Positions 1-10,596 of a stretch of 60,929 nt of DNA are shown one piece after another. Position numbers and translations under genes: made by a program. The notes below the pieces were generated by a model. That model worked only from the letters and a program-made list of their open reading frames with translations. It did no database searches and was not told the DNA's origin. Within the stretch, counting starts at the first letter, position 1, and each line of letters opens with the position of its first letter. The stretch is from positions 1-60,929 of the forward strand of contig NW_021832414.1 of NCBI RefSeq assembly GCF_006345805.1, written 5' to 3'. The stretch comes from Octopus sinensis (Eukaryota).

Positions 1-211
1 ATCATGGCTGCTTACAGCCTCCCCTGGCCCGTGGCACGTAAAAAGCACCCACTACACTCATGGAGTGGTTGGCGGTAGGAAGCGCATCCAGCTGTAGAAA
101 CACTGCCAGATCAGACTGGAGTCTGGTGCAGCCTCCATGGCTTCCAAGACCCCGGTCAAACCGTCCAACCCATGCCAGCATGGAAAACGGACGTTAAACG
201 AGGATGATGAT
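1..211 (+). mobile_element. 3' terminal fragment of RTE-clade LINE (non-coding tail ending in (GAT)n)
   Basis: Same sequence (…ggcacgtaaaaagcacccactacactc…aacccatgc.agcatgga…ggacgttaaacga(gat)n) forms the 3' end of the RTE element at 35872-41868 and recurs at 3529, 8108, 31700, 33800 and 56150. Confidence 0.85.
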
Positions 212-351
212 CCCATGAATGTCTTTGATGTCACTTCAGCCACATGAGAAACGCTACATGAAGAACTGTTCTGCTTCTATACAAATGCACTGTCACCACA
301 AAGGACACACACCTTGCTTATGTGTCGGAACCCCTTAATTTATATTGATAG

Positions 352-645
352 ACAATGGTAGAATAAGGATCTAGGCTTACGAAGATTAAGCCCTGCTGTC
401 GATTTGTTCTACTGAAGGTGGTGCTCCAGCATGGCTACTGTCAAATGGCTGAAACAAATAAAAGTATATACATATGTGTGTGTGTGTGTATGTGTATAGG
501 CACAGGAGTGGCTGCGTGGTAAGTAGCTTGTTTACCAACCACATGGTTCCGGGTTCAGTCCTACTGCGTGGCACCTTGGGCAAGTGTCTTCTACTCGAGC
601 CAACCAAAACCTTGTGAGTGGATACTGAAAGAAGCCCATCGTGTG
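352..645 (+). mobile_element. tRNA-derived SINE fragments (3' tail module at 352-455, head at ~497-645)
   Basis: Head tggctgcgtggtaag…ggttcagtcc…ccttgggcaagtgtctt and tail ggtgctccagcatggc…gctgaaac match the SINE copies at 15899-16286 and 42930-43290. Confidence 0.75.
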
Positions 646-739
646 TATATATATATATATACACCATGATAGATCAGTAGCCGCTACACACATCCTTCAT
701 TTTCTCTCCTTGTTTCTTTCTGTGTCCCTTTCTGTGTCC

Positions 740-775
740 CTTTCTGTAGAAGAGCGTAGGCTCGAAACGTAAAAG
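740..775 (+). ncRNA. Degenerate minimal hammerhead-like motif (Penelope-type); mirror copy at 1401-1436 (-)
   Basis: CTTT-CTGTAGA-A-GAGC(GTAG)GCTC-GAAAC-GTA-AAAG: 4-bp stem I, 4-bp stem II, palindromic ACGT in place of loop III. The core deviates from CUGANGA (A6 replaced by U). Confidence 0.45.
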
Positions 776-862
776 ACTTTTTCTATTCCTGAGCGTTATA
801 CTAATACACATGCTTGTTTTGTACACCACTTGTCTTTTGTTTTTTTTGTGTGAATTCTCCCC

Positions 863-901
<39 letters not shown>

Positions 902-914
902 AGTCTGTGCTTGT

Positions 915-1337
915 TCCCCCAACAGGGTATCTTTTTTTCTTCAGAAATGTAAATAAACCCAATCTGTTTCTTAAACGAGGGACATATTCATACGGCACAG
1001 AATGTTTTTTACCTCAATAGTCGTCAGTGATTTGTTGAAATTGCAGAAATTGAAGAAAAAAAAAACAACAAATATCTTATAAACTATAGAATTTTCTCAA
1101 TAAAGCCAAGAGAAAAAGATGTCTTATAAACACATTCTACAAGTATACGAAGTTTAAAATTTTTTAGTTACCAAGAAATTATTCTTAAAAACTGCCGTTC
1201 AAACCGAAAAGACCCAAATATCTTACAAACTATAGAATTTTCTCAATAAAGCCAAGAGAAAAAGATGTTTTATAAACACATTCTACCAGTATACGAAGCT
1301 TAAAAGTGTTTAGTTACCAAGAAATTATGTTAAAAAC
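915..1337 (+). mobile_element. Fragment of the long-TIR foldback family seen at 23322-24232, with an internal ~145-bp tandem duplication
   Basis: Matches 23950-24230 (aaataaacccaatctgtttcttaaa…ataaacacattctaccagtatacgaag). Segment ~1071-1190 is repeated at ~1216-1337. Confidence 0.75.
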
Positions 1338-1516
1338 AAAAGACAAGTGGTGTACAAAACAAGCATGTGTATTAGTATAACGCTCAGGAATAGAAAAAGT
1401 CTTTTACGTTTCGAGCCTACGCTCTTCTACAGAAAGGGACACAGAAAGGGACACAGAAAGAAACAAGGAGAGAAAATGAAGGATGTGTGTAGCGGCTACT
1501 GATCTATCATGGTGTA

Positions 1517-3065
1517 TGTATTTTTCTACATACCTTAACATATATTCCAGGCGCCCCGTACCCCCTTTATCATTAATGTGAACACATATTCTTAATAATT
1601 GGTACGACTCTGTGTTTGTCTCTCTCTCTCTCTCTCATTTTTACTTTCTCTCTATTCATCTTCTCTTTCCTCTGATCCTTTGGTCTAGTCTTCCACTACC
1701 CTCCTATTTCTTTGTCTCGCTCTGCACTCACAGGTCATTCTTCGACACCCATCCCTTCTCCTCTCTGATTCCTTCTTTCTCTCCTCTCTCTTTGTTGCGT
1801 TTTGTCCCCCTTTTCTCTCTCTCCTTCTCTGTCACGTGACTGTTGGCCGAAATCTGCCTTTCAGCTCCTGACCCTCGTCGTGTTAACATCGTTGTTCTTC
1901 GTCCGCCGCTATAAAGGCTTTTTCCAATGCGCCAGAGAAAAAATTTGTTTGCTTGTTATCAGTCGTAAGACACTTGTTGTTTTCACCGTTAATGCTTCTG
2001 TATTTCATGTTTCTGTATTCCATTATTGTTTTTTTTTTTTTTTTTTTTATATCTGTCCCTTTTGCTGTCCTGGTGTTCGTATGCATTCGATCCTTCTTCC
2101 AGGAAATCTACGCTTCCAGCTTAGTTTTTCTTGGAGGGCTGGCCGTGATCTAGTAATCTCAAGATTAATCAGCCGAAATTACTACGATGATCCGGTTCTT
2201 GACTGAAGACTGAGGGGTTCGAATGTCCTGTCCATGTTTATTGTATCGTCTTCTATGAGTTATACGTTCTTGTCCATGTTGTATTTTTCTACATACCTTA
2301 ACATATATTCCAGGCGCCCCGTACCCCCTTTATCATTAATGTGAACACATATTCTTAATAATTGGTACGACTCTCTGTTTGTCTCTCTCTCTCTCTCATT
2401 TTTACTTTCTCTCTATTCATCTTCTCTTTCCTCTGATCCTTTGGTCTAGTCTTCCACTACCCTCCTATTTCTTTGTCTCGCTCTGCACTCACAGGTCATT
2501 CTTCGACACCCATCCCTTCTCCTCTCTGATTCCTTCTTTCTCTCCTCTCTCTTTGTTGCGTTTTGTCCCCCTTTTCTCTCTCTCTCTTCTCTGTCACGTG
2601 ACTGTTGGCCGAAATCTGCCTTTCAGCTCCTGACCCTCGTCGTGTTAACATCGTTGTTCTTCGTCCGCCGCTATAAAGGCTTTTTCCAATGCGCCAGAGA
2701 AAAAATTTGTTTGCTTGTTATCAGTCGTAAGACACTTGTTGTTTTCACCGTTAATGCTTCTGTATTTCATGTTTCTGTATTCCTTTATGTTTTTTTTTTT
2801 TTTTTTTTTTTTTTATATCTGTCCCTTTTGCTGTCCTGGTGTTCGTATGCATTCGATCCTTCTTCCAGGAAATCTACGCTTCCAGCTTAGTTTTTCTTGG
2901 AGGGCTGGCCGTGATCTAGTAATCTCAAGATAATCAGCCGAAATTACTATGATGATCCGGTTCTTGACTGAAGACTGAGGGGTTCGAATGTCCTGTCCAT
3001 GTTTATTGTATCGTCTTCTATGAGTTATACGTTCTTGTCCATGTTGTATTTTTCTACATACCTTA

Positions 3066-3066
<1 letters not shown>
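1517..3066. repeat. Tandem direct duplication of an unclassified ~763-765-bp repeat (2 copies plus 22 bp)
   Basis: tgtatttttctacataccttaa starts at 1517, 2280 and 3045. The copies differ mainly in homopolymer and microsatellite lengths. Confidence 0.93.
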
Positions 3067-3077
<11 letters not shown>

Positions 3078-3100
<23 letters not shown>

Positions 3101-3739
3101 ATGGGCTTCTTTCAGTATCCACTCACAAGGTTTTGGTTGGCTCGAGTAGAAGACACTTGCCCAAGGTGCCACGCAGTAGGACTGAACCCGGAACCATGTG
3201 GTTGGTAAACAAGCTACTTACCACGCAGCCACTCCTGTGCCTATACACATACACACACACACACATATGTATATACTTTTATTTGTTTCAGCCATTTGAC
3301 AGCAGCCATGCTGGAGCACCACCTTCAGTAGAACAAATCGACACCAGGGCTTAATCTTCGTAAGCCTAATCCCTTATTCTACCATTGTCTATCAATATAA
3401 ATTAAGGTGTTCCGACACATAAGCAAGGTGTGTGTCCTTTGTGGTGACAGTGCATTTGTATAGAAGCAGAACAGTTCTTCATGTAGCGTTTCTCATGTGG
3501 CTGAAGTGACATCAAAGACATTCATGGGATCATCATCCTCGTTTAACGTCCGTTTTCCATGCTGGCATGGGTTGGACGGTTTGACCGGGGTCTTGGAAGC
3601 CATGGAGGCTGCACCAGACTCCAGTCTGATCTGGCAGTGTTTCTACAGCTGGATGCGCTTCCTACCGCCAACCACTCCATGAGTGTAGTGGGTGCTTTTT
3701 ACGTGCCACGGGCCAGGGGAGGCTGTAAGCAGCCATGAT
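3078..3739. repeat. Right arm of the inverted repeat with 1-662
   Basis: ggctgtaagcagccatgat (3721-3739) is the reverse complement of bases 1-19, and the match is continuous inward to the (TA)n at ~3078. Confidence 0.95.
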
Positions 3740-3860
3740 CGGTTGGTGCTTTTTACGTGCCACCAGCACAGACGCCAGTCAAGGCAGCGCTGGCATTGGC
3801 CACGTTTGGATGGTACCTTTTATGTGCCACCGGCACAGAAGCCAGTCAAAGCGGCAGCAC
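3529..3860 (-). mobile_element. RTE LINE 3' UTR fragment
   Basis: Reverse-oriented copy of the RTE tail plus repeated ggtgctttttacgtgccac modules. Confidence 0.8.
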
Positions 3861-5436
3861 TGTAAATCAAGTCACTAACTGAAATAAGTGGATCCATTGT
3901 TGAGCAAAGTACTGGCTACAGTGCAATATTAACCCAAACAGTTAAAATACTAAGAAATGAACTTACTCAACTTGATTAATCTCTATAAATATAAAGCTGA
4001 AGTTGTCTGTGTGTTGCAGGTTTGGTAGCCTTAAACTAACACTATCTCCTCCGAGACCCTGCAGCACAAGTTGACCGAAATTGAGAGTATGATAGAAGAA
4101 GGCTTGCTCTTCCTTCCGTAGAAGAAAAAATTCAAATCGGACCATGTTAACACCAAAAATTATTTACATAAAAAAGGTGCTTTTTTTCTATGAAAATCCC
4201 TATTTTTTACGATTTTTTTACTTCTGTGTCGCCATTTTTCGGTGTATTTCAACCAGAAAAATGTTCACTTAAAGAGAATAACAAGCTACATAATGCAAAA
4301 TTTTTACTTTTCAAAGTTTGCGGGTCCGTTGAGCCTGTCTAGTGGTTTCCTCAGCACACTCAACCGGTTCACATCCTTAGATAGACAAGCCCTAGTCCAC
4401 CAATGGTTAAAGGCCGTGTGCTACCCTTACCATGGTTTAGCCAGCCTGTGGAAGCCGCGAGCCTGGGTGTGGGTACTGTTGCATGCAGATAGCATTGATG
4501 AACCACAGGTGAGAGGTGGGAGTCACGGGAGGACCAAAGCGGACGGACTACTCCAAGGAGTACTACATATTCCCCTGACAGAGGTACTACTTGACCCAGA
4601 TACACCTTGCACCCTAGAACATAATTTACAAGGGCAAAGAAAGCTTGAATGATGCGGGTCCAGAGCCAGCTTCTTGCCTTCAGACCCAGCAGACAACCAT
4701 TGCCCGACCTGTGGGGCGGAGAATGCATCGGACAGGACGGCAACAACCGGACACACCTTTACCCATCTTCTTCACCCTTCTTATGCATTTGGTCATCGTC
4801 GACAACGACGGAAGAACTAATACCTGCCCCTCACTTGCTATTCCTATAAGATGAAAACACAAACATGCTAATCTCTCTCTCTCTCTTTTCTCCCTGTCTC
4901 TCTCTCTCTCTCACTGTATCTGTCTCAGTCTGTCTCTCACTCCTGTCTCTCCTCCTCTCACTGTTCCTGCCTTCTAGCTTTTTCTCTCTCTGTCCATATC
5001 CATCTCCCTCTCTCTCTCTCCTCTTTCTCCTCTCTCTCTCTCTTTGTCTCTCACTCCCACTCTCTTTCTTTCTCTTTCAGTCTCAACGAAGGAATTTAAT
5101 TAACATGCAAAGGGAGGTAATACTTCATACTCAACACAAGAGTTATTGCCCTTCAAACGTTGAATTTACCTTTCGTCCTAAGAGAAATGATAATCCCGAT
5201 TTACGGCTAGGATAATCCTATCTTTATACATCTAAAAAGTTTAAAATTTTAAGATTTAATATTGAATATACAAAACAGGCGCTAGCGTGGCTGCATGGTT
5301 AAGAATCTTGTTTTCCAGCCATGTGATCGTGGGTTCAATCACACTGCCTCTATCCTTGGAAAAGTGTCTTCTATTCAAGCAAAGTTTATATGTATACATA
5401 TATCGTATGTATGCACGTGTGTGTGTATATTTAGTG

Positions 5437-5745
5437 AAGGCGCGTGGCTTAGTGGTGGGGCATTCGACTCAACATTGTAAGGTCGTGAGTTCGATTCCCG
5501 GCGACGCGTTGTGTCCTTGAGCAAGACACTTCATTTCACGTTGCTCCAGTCCACTCAGCTGGCAAAAATGAGTTGTACCTGTATTTCAAAGGGCCAGCCT
5601 GTCACACTCTGAATCTCTCTGAGAACGTTAGGGGTCGGCATGTCTGTGGATTACTCAGCCACTTGCACGTCAATTTCACGAGCGGGCTGTTCCGTTGATC
5701 GAATCGGCTGGTACCCTCGTCATCGTAACCGACGGAGCGCTCCTA
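5437..5745 (+). mobile_element. tRNA-derived SINE with conserved central domain
   Basis: A-box-like tggcttagtgg, B-box-like gttcgattcc, then tgtgtccttgagcaagacactt. Ends in a (TCTG)n/(TA)n tail. A second decayed head lies at ~5282-5385. Confidence 0.75.
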
Positions 5746-6109
5746 TCTGTCTGTCTGTCTGTCTATCTATTTATTTATCTGTCTGTGTCTATCTATATAA
5801 CACACACATTCATACACATATATGTATATAGACACCCATATATATATATATTATATATAATATATATATATATATATAATATATATATATATATGCATAT
5901 ATATACATACATATATATATGTATATAGAACCCATATATATATATATAACATACATATATATATGTATATAGACACCCACATATATACATACATACATAT
6001 ATATATATACATACATATATATAACAAAATACAAGATTGGCCAAGAACGCAAAACATCCGGAACTAGGCTTATATATATATATACATACGTATGTATGTA
6101 TTTATGTGT

Positions 6110-6550
6110 TTGTGACTTTGTAAACTTTGCTTTTCACCCAAATTGCATATCCAGTTTGAACCAGCAAGAGCTGCATTTACGTTCTGATCTTTGTGGATCT
6201 TAAAATGTGTTTTGAGGCCTCCCTTAGATTTTCAGACCTTCTAGCATAAACGGCATTGATGTATAGACAGAATGGCTGGTGGAGGTTCGTTGTTCAAGGG
6301 TCCGCAAATGAGATTTGAGTCCAGCAAGAGAAATATCAGAGATTTGCTCAGAAAAAAATTGCTGAGATTCATATTCTCGTTGATAATAACATTTTTATTC
6401 GAATTTCTTTTTACTTTTCATTGGGACATCCTGGTTCTTCAAAACTTTCACTGCATTTTTGTTCGCCATTCAACTCGGTCTCATGCAAGAGTTTCTATGG
6501 CTTTTGGATCAATTCCCACTGACTCTGACTTCACCATATTTTGTTATACA
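6110..6550 (-). mobile_element. Decayed C-terminus of an RTE/BovB-like LINE ORF
   Basis: Minus strand translates to GIDPKAIETLA*DRVEWR followed by HQCRLC*KV*KSKGGLKTHFKIH (terminal C2H2-like motif), with in-frame stops. Confidence 0.6.
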
Positions 6551-6554
6551 TTCC

Positions 6555-6594
<40 letters not shown>

Positions 6595-6663
6595 AAAACA
6601 AAAGATAAATGCTCTTGCAGGGATAAATCAAAATGTCCTTTGATGAACCTCTGTATGAGTGCA

Positions 6664-6780
6664 AATCATGTATATAAATGTACCGTGCACAGAAGGCGAG
6701 GGTCCTATGTTTACATTGGGCAGACGGTTGATTCATTTAAGAATCGTTATCGTAATCATGTTGCCAGCTTTAGGCACTTG
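6664..6780 (+). pseudogene. GIY-YIG endonuclease fragment of Penelope-like element type
   Basis: NHVYKCTV…YVYIGQTVDSFKNRYRNHVASFRH fits the PLE pattern VY…YIG.T…FK.RY.NH..SF. Truncated by a small duplication and a CR1 fragment. Confidence 0.7.
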
Positions 6781-6820
6781 AGGGAGTATATGAGGGAGCA
6801 CTTGAGGGAGTATATGAGAA

Positions 6821-7815
6821 GGCCACTATAAAAAGCAGTGGTCCCAAGACAGTGCCCTGTGGAACACCGCTCACTATTTGTCTGTTCATAGAGGTGGCTC
6901 CATTAACTGCCTGACTCCTATCTTTCAGAAAGTCCTGTAACCATTCTCCAAGTTTTCCAGCTATGCCGAGATCACACAGTTGTGGCATATCATACCATGA
7001 TCACCTTGTCAAAAGCTTTTGCAAATCAAGGTAGATTACATCTACATTTGAGTTGTTGAGTAACTGCCTCATAATGTTGTAAGAGCTGGGTCAGGCAGCT
7101 CCTACCTGGGTTGAAAGCTATCTTGGGTATCACTCAGCAAGTTTTTTTTTTAAAGGAATGCGATTAGTTTCCTTTGACTATCTGTTCCTTGACTTTGCTG
7201 ATGTGTGAAGTCAGAGAGATAGGCCTGTAGTTTTGGCATCTGCTCTACTTCCCCCTTTATGTATTGAGCATATTATTCCCTCCTTCAGCTTGCTTGGCAG
7301 TTTGCCATTCGTAAGAAAGCTCTGGAAGAGAATCTGGAAGGGTTTTGCCAGGGCATGCTTACATGCTTTGAGGAGGATTGCTGAGAAACCATCAGGACCA
7401 GCAGTTAATTTTGTGTCCACTTCATCTATGGCTAATAGTATATCTTCTTTGCTAATGTCAGTGTATTCTATTGTAACTGCCTTAATGGTTATAGGTGAGT
7501 TGGCAAAGAAATTCATTGATTCGTTCACTTGTCTGTGTGTTCCAATGGGGTGATGAAGGCACTTTTGAAGTGGTCATTCAGTACCTCACTGATCCTAGTT
7601 GGCCTGTCTGTGAGGGAGCCATCCTTTTGGAAGAGGAGTCCTATATTGCAGCGTTCTGAGGTTGTTCTTTCACGTAATGAAAAAAGGCCTTTGGGTTTGA
7701 CTTAATGTTTTTTATAAGCCAGGCTTCTTTGTCTGCTTTCTCCCTCACATAGGATTGTTGCAGCCTTTTTTCGATCTCCATCAGTGTTGTTTTTAGGCGG
7801 GACGTTTCGCTACTT
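6821..7815 (-). mobile_element. Internally deleted CR1-type LINE RT fragment
   Basis: ORF pieces LGEWLQDFLKDRSQ…SGVPQGTVLGPLLF and AGPDGFSAILLKACK…LKEGIICSIHKGGS are homologous to the 19935-21989 ORF. Confidence 0.85.
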
Positions 7816-8107
7816 TTGGGATGAAAGTACTTGTATGCTGTCAACTTAATGTGACAGTTCCATGAAGGAAATAATACTACTGCTATTTAGCCCTAGGAAG
7901 CAGCACCGCTTCCTGTCAGCTTTTAGGCATTTCCTGAGTTCTTATGTTTAGAAGGGGGAGATAAGCACCTCCACTCAGCTAAGCCATCACTCAGAGACTA
8001 GTTTCTGAGTCATTGCTCGTCTTCAATCTGGAATAGCATAGTGCCTATATACATATATATAACACACATATAATAAAACACACACATATATATATATATA
8101 TATATAT

Positions 8108-8337
8108 GGCCGTTTGCCAGACTCGTCTGGCACCTGTGCCGGTGGCACGTAAAAAGCACCCACTACACTCATGGAGTGGTTGGCGTTAGGAAGGGCATCC
8201 AGCCGTAGAAACATTGCCAGATCAAACTGGGCCTGGTGCAGCCTTCTGGCTTCCCAGACCCCAGTTGAACCGTCCAACCCATGTTAGCATGGAAAGCGGA
8301 CGCTAAACGATGATGATGATGATGATGATGATGATGA
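8108..8337 (+). mobile_element. RTE LINE 3' tail copy
   Basis: Same tail as 1-211, ending in (GAT)n and embedded in (TA)n. Confidence 0.85.
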
Positions 8338-8380
8338 TACATATACATATATATATACATATGCATATATACACACACAT

Positions 8381-8713
8381 ATATTGTCAATAATAATTTT
8401 ACCAAGTAGTGTTCAGTATGTAAAAAGACCATTTTTCGTTATTTTTCCCTCTATACCTACGTGAATTATTTTTGAGTATACATTGTCTGGGAGACTTTTC
8501 TTATAGTAGAGGAAATAGCTAAAAAAAGTTAGCTATTTCCTCTATAAAAGAAAAGTCTCCCAGACAATGTATACTCAAAAATATTCACGTAGGTATAGAG
8601 GAAAAATAACGAAAAATGGTCTTTTTACACTACTTGGTAAAACACTACTTGGTAAAATTTTTAATTAATAATTAAATAATTAATTAATTTTATCCTTTTA
8701 TTATTGACAATAT
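8381..8713. repeat. Long imperfect palindrome (core arms ~8419-8522 and ~8529-8629); left arm repeated directly at ~9003-9095
   Basis: gagacttttc…agaggaaatagctaa is followed after ~6 nt by ttagctatttcctct…gaaaagtctc. Outer arms aattttaccaagtagtgtt / aacactacttggtaaaatt. Confidence 0.85.
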
Positions 8714-9198
8714 AATTCTCTCTCCCTGATAATAAACTGCAGATCCCTCTGTAGCGATTTGTTGCTCTATAACTCACGGGGTGGACGGGGAAGGATGTGT
8801 AGCCCCATTCGTACTTTTTTGAATTCGTTAGTACTGGCAGTCGAAGATGATTTGTCTGGGATTACTCATATCCGACGGATATGTCCGATTTTCAATGCCC
8901 TCAAATTCAAACCTAAAGAAATCTTGGCTGATGACGGAAATGTTGATCTCTATATCCAACTAATCCAGAAACGCGCGTTCTCAAGTAATCGATGTACGTG
9001 TGACCTTTCGTTATTTTTCCCCTCTACACCTACATGAATTATTTTGAGTATACATTGTCTGGGAGACTTTTTTATAGTAGAGGAAATAGCTAAACTTTTT
9101 GGCTGCTATTCTAAAAGTTTGGTGTGTGGTAAAGTAATTTTTTTTACTAAACCCTAATTATATAACGTAATGTTTTTTATACACACACATATTATATA

Positions 9199-9260
<62 letters not shown>

Positions 9261-9439
9261 TATACATATATATAATATACGTATATAATACAAATAAGAA
9301 TCATCAACTTACAGATAATACCAATTCATATCATTTATTAACTAATTAAATAGGAACATCCAAATCCAACAGATAAAACAATAAAAAAATATACATCAAT
9401 AAGTAAGATAATACCATAAAATTATTACATATAAAATGG

Positions 9440-9562
9440 ATCTTACAGCTGTTTCAGCCTGTAGATAAAGGTATCTTATGTGCCTATATTATTCAGTTAA
9501 AAATGAGTTAAATATGCAGTTAATAATGAGTTATATATATATCTCAGGGCCTCGTCAGAGAT
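9440..9562 (-). ncRNA. Type I hammerhead ribozyme motif (copy A)
   Basis: Minus strand: AUCU-CUGACGA-GGCC-(88 nt)-GGCU-GAAAC-AGCU-GUA-AGAU. Stem I AUCU/AGAU, stem II extends (UGAGAUA/UAUCU-A-CA), helix III has a palindromic loop. Confidence 0.8.
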
Positions 9563-9692
9563 TATAAAGTACAATTATGAAAATATAAAATGCAAATAAA
9601 ATATGAAACAAAATACACATACACAAGAATATATACAAGAATATATATATTATTATATATATATATATATGATATATTATATATATCTATAT

Positions 9693-9743
<51 letters not shown>

Positions 9744-10086
9744 AAGTGTATATACATATATATAAGGATATATATAATAATATACATACACATAAGGTTA
9801 CAGATAATCAAATATATATACTGGAGTATACATATATATCCACATCAAAGGGTACACATAAAAAGTCCAAAGGTCATTGTATTACATTACCAAAAAAATT
9901 AATATTATTATTATTATTAATAATACCAATAATGGAATATGTGCATTCTGCTATTCACAATACATAGTAGATGGAAAATACCACATAAAATATAGTATAA
10001 TATAATACAGTGTAACACAATATAATATAATATATAGACAGATGCATATGGACTAATATAGGCACAATGAGATACTTTTATCTACA

Positions 10087-10106
10087 GGCTGAAACAGCTG
10101 TAAGAT
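10087..10106 (+). ncRNA. 3' half of hammerhead motif (CUGANGA half missing); another half copy at 14041-14060 (-)
   Basis: GGCT-GAAAC-AGCT-GTA-AGAT is invariant; the upstream core is truncated. Confidence 0.6.
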
Positions 10107-10505
10107 TCATTTTATATGTAATATTTTTATGGTATTATTTTACTTATTGATGTATATTGTTTTATTCTGTTGGATTTGGATGTTCCTATTTAATTAATTA
10201 ATAAATTATATGAATTGGTAATATCTGTAAGTCGATGATTGAAAGGAATCTGTTCCTCCATTTTATTATTTGTATTATGAATTTGAGGTAAAATATTTTA
10301 CCTTCGCCATCTAATACAATAAATGAACTAATTGCATTGCAACTGTAAGCATTTATATATTAGCCTTTTGGGTACTTTACTGGCAGTATATTGGAGAACT
10401 GATATCCCATAGTGGGTTACACTCATAACCCCTATCTCACTTTGAATATATATATAAATATATATACATATATATATATATATACATACATATATATATT
10501 CATAC

Positions 10506-10568
<63 letters not shown>

Positions 10569-10596
10569 CATACATATATATATATCCTTAAATCCT

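Larger units (their letters stand above)
1..662. repeat. Left arm of near-perfect inverted repeat (partner 3078-3739); may extend beyond the window start
   Basis: Positions pair with sum 3740. The ORF track gives an identical 61-aa ORF at 58..243(-) and 3497..3682(+). Confidence 0.95.
659..1517. repeat. Nested inverted repeat, arms ~659-843 and ~1333-1517
   Basis: acaccatgatagatcagtagccgc… at 661 is the reverse complement of …gcggctactgatctatcatggtgt ending at 1515 (pair sum 2176). Confidence 0.93.
9285..10445. mobile_element. Non-autonomous Penelope-like element A: inverted partial copies (arms ~9299-9491 and ~10055-10240)
   Basis: Contains hammerhead motifs. 10240-10445 is homologous to 14520-14690 and ends in aacccctatctcactt next to (TA)n. 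No ORF. Confidence 0.65.

Noticed and set aside
2203-2230. CTGAAGA…GAAT-GTC motif in the ~764-bp tandem repeat (also ~2968)
   Set aside because: It lacks GAAA and no stem II or stem III pairing could be drawn.
4242-4860. Cluster of 60-136-aa ORFs, including a CPTCG motif
   Set aside because: No recognisable domain or splice structure. Possibly an old LINE remnant, but support is too weak to call.
5437-5510. tRNA gene (also the SINE heads at ~500, 42930 and 47880)
   Set aside because: A/B boxes are present but there is no convincing cloverleaf, and each continues into a SINE body.
8928-8952. CTGATGA-CG-GAAA hammerhead-like core
   Set aside because: No room for helix II, and stem I pairs for only 2 weak base pairs. 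Likely chance.
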